Shown: piece by piece, positions 9,890 to 18,460 of the stretch
How positions within the stretch are numbered: the stretch's first letter is position 1
Layout: every line of letters starts with the position of its first letter
Assembly (NCBI GenBank): GCA_963708605.1
Contig: CAVPTG010000004.1
Location: 250,900-314,899 of the forward strand
Length of the DNA: 64,000 nucleotides
DNA from: Candidatus Dormiibacterota bacterium
GTDB taxonomy: Bacteria; Chloroflexota; Dormibacteria; Aeolococcales; Aeolococcaceae
Reading direction: 5' to 3'
Notes under the pieces: model-generated
What the model saw: only the letters and a program-made list of their open reading frames with translations
Told to the model about the DNA's origin: nothing
The model's database searches: none
Position numbers and translations under genes: made by a program

Positions 9890-10417
9890 CTAGCGGGTCG
9901 TCCGGGCTTCCGAGTCGAGGGCAAGCGCATAACCGAGGAGCAGCGGCCCACCTTCTCGCTGCTGCGTCCCGGTCGGCTCGAAGCCAAGCTCCATGTAGAG
10001 CTGCTGCGCGCCGACCATGTTCGCTTCGGTGTCCAGCGTCATCACGCGCTTGCCACGGCGGCGAGCCATGTCGATGCAGGCGAGCATCAGGTGGCGGGCG
10101 ATGCCCCGGCCGCGGTGCTCGGGGCTGACGCCGAGCATGCGGATATGCGCTTCGCCGGCAGCCAGAGGATCGCTCGGGGCGGGACCGATCCGCGAATCGA
10201 GCTCGAGGGTGACCGAGCCGGCGATGACGCCCCGGTCGACGGCCACAAGAACCATCGACCGCTCGGCGCGGCTCCCGACGTCGGCGATCCGCGCCAGGTA
10301 CGGCTCCCAGCCGGGCTTGTCGGGCGTCCAGTACTCGCGGAACGCGCTCGCGGTGGCCGCCCCGACCGCCGTGTGCTCGGACGCCAGGAGCGGGCGGATC
10401 TCGATCTCATCGGACAC
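9890..10417 (-). CDS. GNAT family N-acetyltransferase
   Basis: IRMLGVSPEHRGRGIARHLM acetyl-CoA loop and AQQLYMELGF. GTG start at 10417, 7 nt after a TACGGT -10. Confidence 0.85.
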   Translation of the reverse strand: MSDEIEIRPLLASEHTAVGAATASAFREYWTPDKPGWEPYLARIADVGSRAERSMVLVAVDRGVIAGSVTLELDSRIGPAPSDPLAAGEAHIRMLGVSPEHRGRGIARHLMLACIDMARRRGKRVMTLDTEANMVGAQQLYMELGFEPTGTQQREGGPLLLGYALALDSEARTTR

Positions 10418-10471
10418 ATCCAAAACCGTACGCGACAGCCACCTGTCGCCGCCCCGGCGCATCGTCGTCGC

Positions 10472-10720
10472 ATGGACACACAGACTTCCGGCGCCGGCGA
10501 CCTCGGGATCACAGGTGATGGGCCCTACCTCCGGCGCGCGCAAGCGCTGCTTGCCGCTCGGGCCGAGCTCTTCGTCGCCGGGACGGCGCGTTCGATGCGG
10601 CTCGCCGGCTTGGCCGGCTCGCCGCAGGAGGAGGCTGCCGCGATCATGCGCCGGGGGCGGCAGCTGACCCTGCCGCTGCCGCGCGAACAAAGGCGCCGGC
10701 GAGCAAGGATGGTGCGCTGA
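10472..10720 (+). CDS. Small hypothetical protein (82 aa) with a QLTLPL motif near the C-terminus, translationally coupled to the TM0106 gene
   Basis: MDTQTSGAGD...IMRRGRQLTLPLPREQRRRRARMVR*. CATCGT -10-like element 6 nt upstream. Its TGA overlaps the next ATG (TGATG). It fills an otherwise empty 300-nt gap. Confidence 0.6.
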   Translation: MDTQTSGAGDLGITGDGPYLRRAQALLAARAELFVAGTARSMRLAGLAGSPQEEAAAIMRRGRQLTLPLPREQRRRRARMVR

Positions 10721-13700
10721 TGCGTTTCCTCCATGACGGCCGTCCGGTGTTCACCGCCACGGATCTCTGCGACTACCTGGCCTGCGGGCACCTCGTCGCG
10801 CTCAAGCGACGGGTCGCGGCCGGCGAGTCGATCCCGAGCGACCGTTCGGCGCTCAGCGAGGTGCTCGCGAACCTCGGCGCCGGGCACGAGCAGCGACACC
10901 TCGAGAGGCTCCGGGCTCGCGGCCAGCGCGTCAAGGCCTTCGAGGACGAGCGCGACCGATACGCGAGCACCGCCGCCGAGCTGGGCGCCCTCGAGGCGGA
11001 GACGGTCGCGGCGATGGGTGAGGGGTACGACGTCATCTATCAGCCCACGTTCTTCGACGGACGCTGGATGGGCCGCGCCGATTTTCTGCTTCGGGTGGAC
11101 ATGCCCAGCGCCCGGTGGGGCTGGAGCTACGAGGCGGCAGACGCGAAGCTTGCGCGGCGCGTCCGTTCCGAGGCCATCCTCCAGCTCTGCGAGTACTCGG
11201 CGCACCTCGAGCGGCTCCAGGGAACTGCGCCTCCGCATATGCACGTGGTCCTCGGCGACGGCAGCGAGCATGCGTATCGCCTTGACGAGTTCTCCGCATA
11301 CCACGCGAACGTGAAGCGTGATTTCGAGTTGGCCATGCTCGTCGAGGAGACCGCCACCTACCCCGATCCCGTCGCGCACTGCAACACGTGCGGTTTCGCG
11401 CCGCGCTGCGCCGCGGAGCGAAAGCGCGACGATCACCTTTCGCAGGTAGCCCGCATGCGCTCCGGTCAGGTGGTCGCGTTGACGTCGACCGGAATCAGCA
11501 CCATGACGGCACTCGCGGAGTTGTCCCGGGACGCCGATCCACCCGCACGCATGAGCATCACGAGCTTCCGCGAGCTCCACGCGCAGGCGGCACTGCAGCA
11601 CCGCGGGCCGCATGCCGGCGGTGTCCCGCGACACGAGTTGCTCGATGCATGGGAGGTCGGGCACGGTCTCTGCGCACTGCCGGCCCCATCTCCGGGCGAC
11701 CTCTTCTTCGACATGGAGGGCGACGGCCTCGCTCGCGATGTGCCGCTCGAATATCTCTTCGGCGTGGTCGACACGCGCGGCGAGTACCGCGCCTGGTGGG
11801 GCCACGACGAGGCGGGGGAGCGCCTCGCGTTTGAGGGGTTCGTCGACTTCGCGATCGCACAGCTCGAGCGCTTCCCCGACATGCACGTCTACCACTACGC
11901 GGCGTACGAGAAGACCGCGCTGCGCAGGCTGATGAGCCGGCACGGCACCCGCGAGGAGGAGGTCGATCGCCTGCTTCGCAACGAGGTGCTCGTCGATCTC
12001 TACCGTGTCGTCCGGCAGGGAATCCGGCTGTCAACGGACTCGTACTCGCTCAAGAAGGTCGAGCGCTTGTACATGCCCGCACGCGAGGAGTCGATCGCCG
12101 ACGCCGCGGGGAGCATGGTCATGTACGAGCGCTGGTTGATCAGTCGCGAAGATGGGAGCACGGGCAACGCGACGCTGCTCGACGAGATCGAGATGTACAA
12201 CCAGCGCGACTGCATCTCCACCGCGCAATTGCGCGACTGGCTCGAGGCGCGCCGCGTCGAGGAGGAGGCGCTCCGGGGCGCTCCCATCGAGCGTCCACCG
12301 ATCATCGAACGCGCGGTGAGTGACGCGTTGCAGGCGAAGATCGTCACGACCCAGGAGGTCGCGGTCGCGCTCGTCACCGACCTGCCGGCGGATCCCGAAA
12401 TGCGTACCGGTGCCGAACGAGCGCGATCGTTGCTTGCGCCACTTCTCTCGTACCACCGGCGCGAGAACAAGGTGAATTGGTGGCGTCATTTCGACCAGAT
12501 CGCAATGAGTCCGGAGGAGCTCGAGCGCGACACGTATGCGCTCGGACCGCTCGAGATGATCGGCTCCCGCGAGGATGGCCGCCGGATCATCGAGCGATAC
12601 CGCTTCGAGCCGCAGGAGCACCGGATCGGCATCGGCGACAAACCGCTCGACCCGGAGGCGGACGTGCGCTGGGCACCGGTTGCCGGCGAGGTCCTGGAGC
12701 TCGATGCCGCGCGCGGGGAGATCACGCTGTCGCGCACGCCTGGTCAGGCGGATCGCGGCGCGGTGCGTTTCCTGATCCCGTCCACGCCGCTACCGACGGA
12801 CGCGCAGGAGGAGGCGTTGCTCGACCTCGGGCGATGGGTCGCGGCCAATGGCCCGGATGCCACGGGCGCAAATCGCGCCGGGCGCGACCTGCTGATGCGC
12901 CTGCCGCCGCGTCTGCACGATGGCGCCGACCTCGAGTTTCGCGGGCTCGGTGAAACTGCGTCGGAGGCGGCGATCCGTCTGATCCTTGGCTTGGATCGCG
13001 GGTGCCTGCCGGTGCAGGGCCCGCCTGGCGCCGGCAAGACGCACATGGCTGCGCTTGCCGCACTCGCGCTCATCAAGCACCGGCGAGGCCCGATCGGCGT
13101 GACAGCGGTCACTCACAATGCGATTCGCACGCTCCTGGACAAGATCGAGGAGCTCGCGCCGTCTTTGGGCATGCAGGTCCGCATCCAGCACCGCAAAGGG
13201 GACGGCATCGGCACCGCATCGATCCAGATTGCTCGGAGCAATGACGCTGTCGAGGCTGCGCTCGCTGACGAAGCCGTCGACGTGGTCGGCGGGACCTCGT
13301 GGCTGTTCGCTCGCCGCGAGCTCCAGGGATCCTTCGACACGCTGATCGTCGACGAGGCCGGACAGATGTCACTGGCCGACGCGCTTGCGGTGTCGCGGGC
13401 GGCTCGCAACCTCGTCCTGGTCGGCGACCCGCGACAACTTGCGCAGCCGCTGCAGGGGAGCCATCCGCCCGGCGTCGGCGTTTCGGCGCTCGAGCACCTG
13501 CTCGGCGGCAATGTGACCATTCCTCCTGACCGCGGCGTGCTGCTCGACCTCACCTGGCGCATGCACCCGGCCGTGACCGGTTTCGTGTCGCGTTCGTTCT
13601 ACGAGGGGCGGCTCGGATCGGAAGCGCAGTGTTCGCGTCAGGCGGTGGTCCTCGATGGTGTCGCGGTCACCGGGCTGCGGGCGTCGTTTGTCGAGCATGA

Positions 13701-14184
13701 GGGCGACCGGGTCCGCTCTGATGCCGAGGCCGCGCGCGTGCGCGAGATCAGTGACCAGCTGACCATCGCAACGTGGCGGGACGCCACCGGCCACGAGCGC
13801 CGGATGACGTTCGAAGACATCGTTGTTGTCGCACCGTACAACGCGCAGGTCGCGTGTCTCGTCGAGGCGTTGCCGGTCGGCGCGCGGGTTGGCACCGTCG
13901 ATCGCTTTCAGGGACAGGAGGCCGCGGTGAGCATCTTCTCCATGGCCACGTCCAGCGTCGAAGACCTGCCCCGCAACCTCGAATTCCTCTTCAGCCTCAA
14001 CCGCCTCAACGTGGCCGTGTCCCGGGCGCGCGGACTTTCGATCCTGGTCTGCTCGCCCGAACTACTCCGCGCACGCTGCCACTCGCCGGAGCAGATGCGG
14101 CTCGTCAACGCGCTCTGCCGGTTTGTGGAGATGGCCGAACCTTGGATCGTCACGCCGGTGCCCGCAGCTATGCTGCCGGCGTGA
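10720..14184 (+). CDS. TM0106-family RecB/Cas4-like nuclease fused to an RNase H-like/DEDD domain and a C-terminal SF1 (Upf1/Dna2-like) helicase
   Basis: GRADFLL..DAK..QLCEY nuclease core; N-terminal Cys plus CNTCGFAPRC; FFDMEGD..HYAAYE..VDLY..SYSLKKVE..YNQRDC; helicase motifs QGPPGAGKT, DEAGQ, GDPRQL, RMHP, TVDRFQGQE, RLNVAVSRAR. Confidence 0.85.
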   Translation: MRFLHDGRPVFTATDLCDYLACGHLVALKRRVAAGESIPSDRSALSEVLANLGAGHEQRHLERLRARGQRVKAFEDERDRYASTAAELGALEAETVAAMGEGYDVIYQPTFFDGRWMGRADFLLRVDMPSARWGWSYEAADAKLARRVRSEAILQLCEYSAHLERLQGTAPPHMHVVLGDGSEHAYRLDEFSAYHANVKRDFELAMLVEETATYPDPVAHCNTCGFAPRCAAERKRDDHLSQVARMRSGQVVALTSTGISTMTALAELSRDADPPARMSITSFRELHAQAALQHRGPHAGGVPRHELLDAWEVGHGLCALPAPSPGDLFFDMEGDGLARDVPLEYLFGVVDTRGEYRAWWGHDEAGERLAFEGFVDFAIAQLERFPDMHVYHYAAYEKTALRRLMSRHGTREEEVDRLLRNEVLVDLYRVVRQGIRLSTDSYSLKKVERLYMPAREESIADAAGSMVMYERWLISREDGSTGNATLLDEIEMYNQRDCISTAQLRDWLEARRVEEEALRGAPIERPPIIERAVSDALQAKIVTTQEVAVALVTDLPADPEMRTGAERARSLLAPLLSYHRRENKVNWWRHFDQIAMSPEELERDTYALGPLEMIGSREDGRRIIERYRFEPQEHRIGIGDKPLDPEADVRWAPVAGEVLELDAARGEITLSRTPGQADRGAVRFLIPSTPLPTDAQEEALLDLGRWVAANGPDATGANRAGRDLLMRLPPRLHDGADLEFRGLGETASEAAIRLILGLDRGCLPVQGPPGAGKTHMAALAALALIKHRRGPIGVTAVTHNAIRTLLDKIEELAPSLGMQVRIQHRKGDGIGTASIQIARSNDAVEAALADEAVDVVGGTSWLFARRELQGSFDTLIVDEAGQMSLADALAVSRAARNLVLVGDPRQLAQPLQGSHPPGVGVSALEHLLGGNVTIPPDRGVLLDLTWRMHPAVTGFVSRSFYEGRLGSEAQCSRQAVVLDGVAVTGLRASFVEHEGDRVRSDAEAARVREISDQLTIATWRDATGHERRMTFEDIVVVAPYNAQVACLVEALPVGARVGTVDRFQGQEAAVSIFSMATSSVEDLPRNLEFLFSLNRLNVAVSRARGLSILVCSPELLRARCHSPEQMRLVNALCRFVEMAEPWIVTPVPAAMLPA

Positions 14185-14895
14185 CTGACGATTCCCTCAA
14201 GGACCGGCTCGTGCGGTCGCTCGTTGCCGCGCGCGAGCGGGAGGCTCTGCTCCTCGCTCTGGTGGACGACCCGCCGGCCGCCGAATATGGGCAATGGACC
14301 GCAAAAGACAACATCGCGCATCTCAACGCCTGGCGTCAACATGCCGTGCGCGCGCTCGTTGCTGCGCAGCAGGGGACCGCTTTCGAGGGGCCGGCCAATG
14401 ACACCGACCTCGACGCGCGAAATGCCGAGATCTACGAAGAGCATCGCGACGACAGCGCCGCCACCGTACGCACGACCGCCGTCGAGAGCTACACGGTGCT
14501 CATCGACGCGGTCATTGCGTGCTCCGACGCGGATCTGTTGCGCGAACGCCCTGACAATGGTGGGCCCGTGTGGCGCGTTGTTCCGGGCAACGGCCATGCT
14601 CATGTGGCCCAGCACCTCTCGTACTGGGCAGTCGCACACGCCGATCCCGTCGCGGCGGAGGAGGCCGCGAGGTGGAGTTACGCGATCGAACTCTGAGTTG
14701 TTCCCCGACAACCAGCCCATTGCCGACTACAACTTCGCCTGTTTCTACGCGCGCAACGGCGATGCCGACAGAGCCTTGCCGCTGCTCAGCACCGCGCTGC
14801 GCGCTCGTCCCGAACTTCGCGCTTTCGCGCTCGAAGATGCGGACATCGAGCCGATTCGCGACGACCCACGGGTGGAAAGCCTCATCGGCCCCTGA
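14181..14895 (+). CDS. DinB/ClbS-like four-helix protein with a C-terminal TPR-like repeat (one apparent +1 frameshift at about 14690)
   Basis: WTAKDNIAHLNAW DinB-type motif and GNGHAH. Removing one base of GAACTC (14688-14693) joins it to DYNFACFYARNGDADRAL...ALEDAD. The GTG overlaps the upstream TGA, and TATGCT lies 6 nt upstream. Confidence 0.65.
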
Positions 14896-14909
14896 GGGCG
14901 CAGCCTCAG
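14892..14909. terminator. Hairpin formed across the stop codons of two convergent genes
   Basis: CTGAGG-GCGCAG-CCTCAG includes both TGA codons. Confidence 0.3.
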
Positions 14910-15703
14910 ACGTTCGGCGGTGTCACCCGGTGGCGATCGATGAACAGGCCCTGCAAAGAATGGCCGATCGGTCCGCGCTCGTCGTACAGGCGGCTGTGAG
15001 CGACGCCGACACCGCGCCGGTCCACGTCGGTGCCGGCGTCGAGGCAGATCCACTCACCCTCGGGCTGGCGATGCAGGTACACGGTGAGGTCGGTGTTGAT
15101 GAACAGGAATTCACCCCACGGCAGTGCCGCCGAGACGCCATTCCCAAAATCGGCCGCGGCGAGCGCTCGCTGCAAGGGCGTCGTCGCCTGACCGGCGACG
15201 ACCGGGCCGGTCAGCCGCATCCAGACTGTCGCCGGTCCCAGCTCCGCGAACGAGCCATGTGCGTAGCGCATCTCGACGCCGGTGCGGTGAAAGGCCGGGT
15301 CCTCGCTGTCGGGCGTATGCGCGACGGAGTCGGCCGGCCCGGCGAATGGCACCTCGAGTGGCGGCCGTTCGCCGAGATCCAGGTCGGCGATGCGCATGCG
15401 CCATGCCGTCGCACGGCAGAGCTCGGTGTTGCCGTCGGTGAGCGTTGCGCTGAGCATCTGCACACGCCGCCCCTCGCGCTCGATGCGAGCCGCAACCTCC
15501 ACGGGACGCAACGGAACCGGCCGGAAGATCTCGACGGTGGTTCGAACGATGGCCATCGGCGCCTCGGTCGGGAGCGCCTCCATCACGCCTCCCATGAGGG
15601 CGGCCGGCGGCCCGCCGTGCATCGCGCTGCGATCCCACGGCCCGCGCGCGTGCTCGCTCGGGACGTAGCCGCGCCGGTTGGGCGTGAAAAGCGCTTCGGA
15701 CAT
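14906..15703 (-). CDS. Acyl-CoA thioesterase (double hot-dog, TesB-like)
   Basis: ARGPWDRSAMHGGPPAALM, AAADFGNG, FINTDLTVYLHRQPEGEWI. Start MSEALF lies 6 nt after CACCAT. Confidence 0.8.
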   Translation of the reverse strand: MSEALFTPNRRGYVPSEHARGPWDRSAMHGGPPAALMGGVMEALPTEAPMAIVRTTVEIFRPVPLRPVEVAARIEREGRRVQMLSATLTDGNTELCRATAWRMRIADLDLGERPPLEVPFAGPADSVAHTPDSEDPAFHRTGVEMRYAHGSFAELGPATVWMRLTGPVVAGQATTPLQRALAAADFGNGVSAALPWGEFLFINTDLTVYLHRQPEGEWICLDAGTDVDRRGVGVAHSRLYDERGPIGHSLQGLFIDRHRVTPPNV

Positions 15704-15774
15704 GGCCGCATGGTGCATCAAGCAGCTCGACGAGCGGACTGCGCGCCTCCGGCTCCCTGCTACGCTCCTGTGCC

Positions 15775-16629
15775 GTGGCGGTCAAGGGCACGACCATTGC
15801 GGCACGGGGCATGCGTTTCGACGCGCTCACCAGTGGACCGGCGGACGGCGAACTCGTCCTGCTGCTCCACGGATTCCCGCAGACCGGTACCTGCTGGCAC
15901 AACGCACTCGACGGCCTGGCTCGAGCCGGGTACCGAGCGGTGGCCCCCAGCCAGCGCGGATACTCCGCAGGCGCCCGTCCCGACGGCGTTGCGGCGTACA
16001 GGGTCAGCGAGCTGTGCGCGGACGTCCTCGCCATCGCGGCCGCCCTGGGGAGCGATCGCTTCCACCTGGCAGGCCACGACTGGGGTGGCGTGGTAGCGTG
16101 GGCGCTCGCCGGCGACCGTCCGGAGGCGGTGGCATCGCTCACCGCGGTCTCGACCCCGCACGCGGGAGCGCTGCGACAGGCGCTCCACGGCACGCAGCAG
16201 CGTCTGCGCATGGCATACATACCCGTGCTCCGGCTGCCGATCATCCCGGAATCGCTGATCGAGGCTGCGGGCGGGGTCGTTGCCGAGTCCCTCCTGACCG
16301 CGACCGGTCTCAGCCCCGCCCACGCGCATCGCGACATCACCGCATTGCGTGCCGTCGGTCCCACCGGCGCTCTGAACTGGTATCGGGCCCTGGGCACCGA
16401 GCGCGGCCATTCCGCTCCCGTGAGCGTCCCCGTGCTGCATGTCTGGGGCGACCAGGACCCGGTCTTCACACGTGAGGCAACCGATCTGTCGGCCGCGCAC
16501 TGCACCGGTGATTACCAGCTGCTCGAGCTCGAGGCGGGATCGCACTGGATCCCCGACGAGCATTGGAGTGACGTCGAGGATCTTTTCCTCGATCATCTCG
16601 CGGCCAACCCAGTCAACGCCGGCCGCTGA
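15775..16629 (+). CDS. Alpha/beta hydrolase (epoxide hydrolase/haloalkane dehalogenase-like)
   Basis: LLHGFP, APSQRGY, GHDWGG nucleophile-Asp motif, WGDQD, SHW. Confidence 0.85.
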   Translation: MAVKGTTIAARGMRFDALTSGPADGELVLLLHGFPQTGTCWHNALDGLARAGYRAVAPSQRGYSAGARPDGVAAYRVSELCADVLAIAAALGSDRFHLAGHDWGGVVAWALAGDRPEAVASLTAVSTPHAGALRQALHGTQQRLRMAYIPVLRLPIIPESLIEAAGGVVAESLLTATGLSPAHAHRDITALRAVGPTGALNWYRALGTERGHSAPVSVPVLHVWGDQDPVFTREATDLSAAHCTGDYQLLELEAGSHWIPDEHWSDVEDLFLDHLAANPVNAGR

Positions 16630-16638
16630 GGCCGGCGC

Positions 16639-17706
16639 GTGGGCGGGATCGAGGTCACCGGTACCGCGCAACGACGCTCCTGGGATTCGGTTGGATTGCC
16701 CGAGACGGAACGCGTCCGTCCCGGGCTGTGGTCGATCCCCGTGCCGCTGCCGAACAATCCGCTGCGCTACGTGCTCGTCTACCTGCTCGAACTGGAGACC
16801 GGCATTGCGGTGATCGACACCGGCTGGAGCACGGATGAGGCCTGGACGGCGCTCGTCAGCGGCATCGCGGTCGCCGGGTATGTCCCGTCGGACGTGCGGG
16901 CCATCCTCATCACCCACATCCACCCCGATCACTACGGGCTCGCCGGCCGGCTGCGCGAGGCGTCAGGCGCGTGGGTCGCTCTCCATCCAGCGGACGCCGC
17001 GCTGCTGCCCGCGCGGTACGGCCGCGGCCTGGAGCGCCTGCTCGCGAGCATGGATGCGCTGCTCGTCGATGCCGGCGTGCCCGATGAGACCCGGGCCGAG
17101 CTCACCGGGGCGTCCATGGGCATTCGCGAGTTCGTCGCTGCCGCCGAGCCCGATGTCCTGCTCGAGGATCGCGCGCCGGTGCCGCTGCCGGGCTGGGACC
17201 TCGTCACGCTGCACACCCCGGGCCACTCGCCCGGCCACGTCTGCTTCCTCGACCGCCGCGGCCGCGTGCTGTTCAGCGGCGACCACGTCCTCCCACGGAT
17301 CAGCCCGAGCGTCGCGCTCCATGCACAGCAGCCGGACAACCCGCTGGCCGACTTCCTCGACGCGCTGCGCGGGGTTCGTGATCTGGATGTCGACGAGGTG
17401 CTGCCGGCGCACGAATGGCGGTTCCGCGGGCTCGATGCGCGCGTCGACGAGCTCCTCGACCACCACGCGCGGCGGCTCGACGAGACCCATTCGCTGATCA
17501 CCAGCGCCCCCGGCCTCACCTGCTGGGAGACCACGCTGCGGCTTCGCTGGTCGCGGGATTGGTCGCAGATCGTCGGCTTCATGCGCCGGGCGGCGGTGGG
17601 CGAGACCCTCGCGCACCTGGTGCTCCTCGAAAGCACCGGGCGGGCGCGTCACGACGACGCCCGTCCGATCCATTGGTTTCCGACCACCTTGAGCGGCCGA
17701 AGATAG
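16639..17706 (+). CDS. Metallo-beta-lactamase fold hydrolase
   Basis: THIHPDHYG (HxHxDH), TPGHSPGH, FSGDH, PAHE. Confidence 0.85.
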   Translation: MGGIEVTGTAQRRSWDSVGLPETERVRPGLWSIPVPLPNNPLRYVLVYLLELETGIAVIDTGWSTDEAWTALVSGIAVAGYVPSDVRAILITHIHPDHYGLAGRLREASGAWVALHPADAALLPARYGRGLERLLASMDALLVDAGVPDETRAELTGASMGIREFVAAAEPDVLLEDRAPVPLPGWDLVTLHTPGHSPGHVCFLDRRGRVLFSGDHVLPRISPSVALHAQQPDNPLADFLDALRGVRDLDVDEVLPAHEWRFRGLDARVDELLDHHARRLDETHSLITSAPGLTCWETTLRLRWSRDWSQIVGFMRRAAVGETLAHLVLLESTGRARHDDARPIHWFPTTLSGRR

Positions 17707-17792
17707 TGAGCCAGCAAGGTCAGCGGTTGTGCGAGCCCTGGCGGGCGTGTCAGCATGCCCCCGGGAAAGCAGACCCTTGGGAGGTTGGGAGG

Positions 17793-18350
17793 ATGCGCGC
17801 CACCAGGGTGGAGAGTCGGCCGCCGGGCGGCCGGCTTGGCCGTGCTCACCACGGTTCTCCTGGCAGGCTGCGGCGGCACCCCGAGCACCACCCCCCCGCC
17901 GCCAGGCGGGAGCACCGCAGCACCAAGCATCTCGCCGTCACCGAGCGCAACTCCACGGCGCATGCCGTGGCGCAGCCCACCTGCCCGTTGACGCAGGTGC
18001 AGGTGGATCAAGCCTTCGGCGAGACGCTGCCGGGTCCGCTGGCACCGCTCAACGCGTACGAGGTCTGCGTATTCGGTCAGGCGACGCCAGGCAACTATCA
18101 CGTCGTCACCGTCAGCGTGTACAACGCCGCGACCCTCGCCGGTTTCGGTTCCACGGCCAGCGCTTACCTGCAGAGCAACCGGGGAACAACTGCCGTGAGT
18201 GTGCCCAACGTGGGTGTCGCTGCCTTCATCAAGGGCGGTGACATCTGGGTCCAGACGCCGGATCAGGCGATCCTCGATATCGGCTCCGACTTCGTCGTCA
18301 CGAACGCCGAACTCCAGGCCGCCGCTGTGGCGGCACTGCCCCGCGTCTAG
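17793..18350 (+). CDS. Predicted lipoprotein with Pro/Ser/Thr linker; N-terminal part apparently in a shifted frame (two compensating frameshifts)
   Basis: The lipobox VLLAGC-GGTPSTTPPPPGGST reads in the 17755 frame, while the globular part (QPTCPLTQVQVDQAFG...YEVCVFG...LPRV*) reads in the 17793-18350 frame. GGAGG upstream of ATG 17793. Confidence 0.5.
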   Translation: MRATRVESRPPGGRLGRAHHGSPGRLRRHPEHHPPAARREHRSTKHLAVTERNSTAHAVAQPTCPLTQVQVDQAFGETLPGPLAPLNAYEVCVFGQATPGNYHVVTVSVYNAATLAGFGSTASAYLQSNRGTTAVSVPNVGVAAFIKGGDIWVQTPDQAILDIGSDFVVTNAELQAAAVAALPRV

Positions 18351-18460
18351 GCGATGGCCTCGACCGGGACGTGGTTGCTGACACTATTGGCAATATCATC
18401 GTCACGTTGGACACGGGCGGCCATCTGGACATCGCCGACGAGTGGGACTGCAAAGCGGCA

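Noticed and set aside
10720-11420. Cas4 / CRISPR adaptation gene
   Set aside because: The Cas4-like Fe-S nuclease fold is part of a TM0106 fusion, and there is no cas1, cas2 or array in the window.
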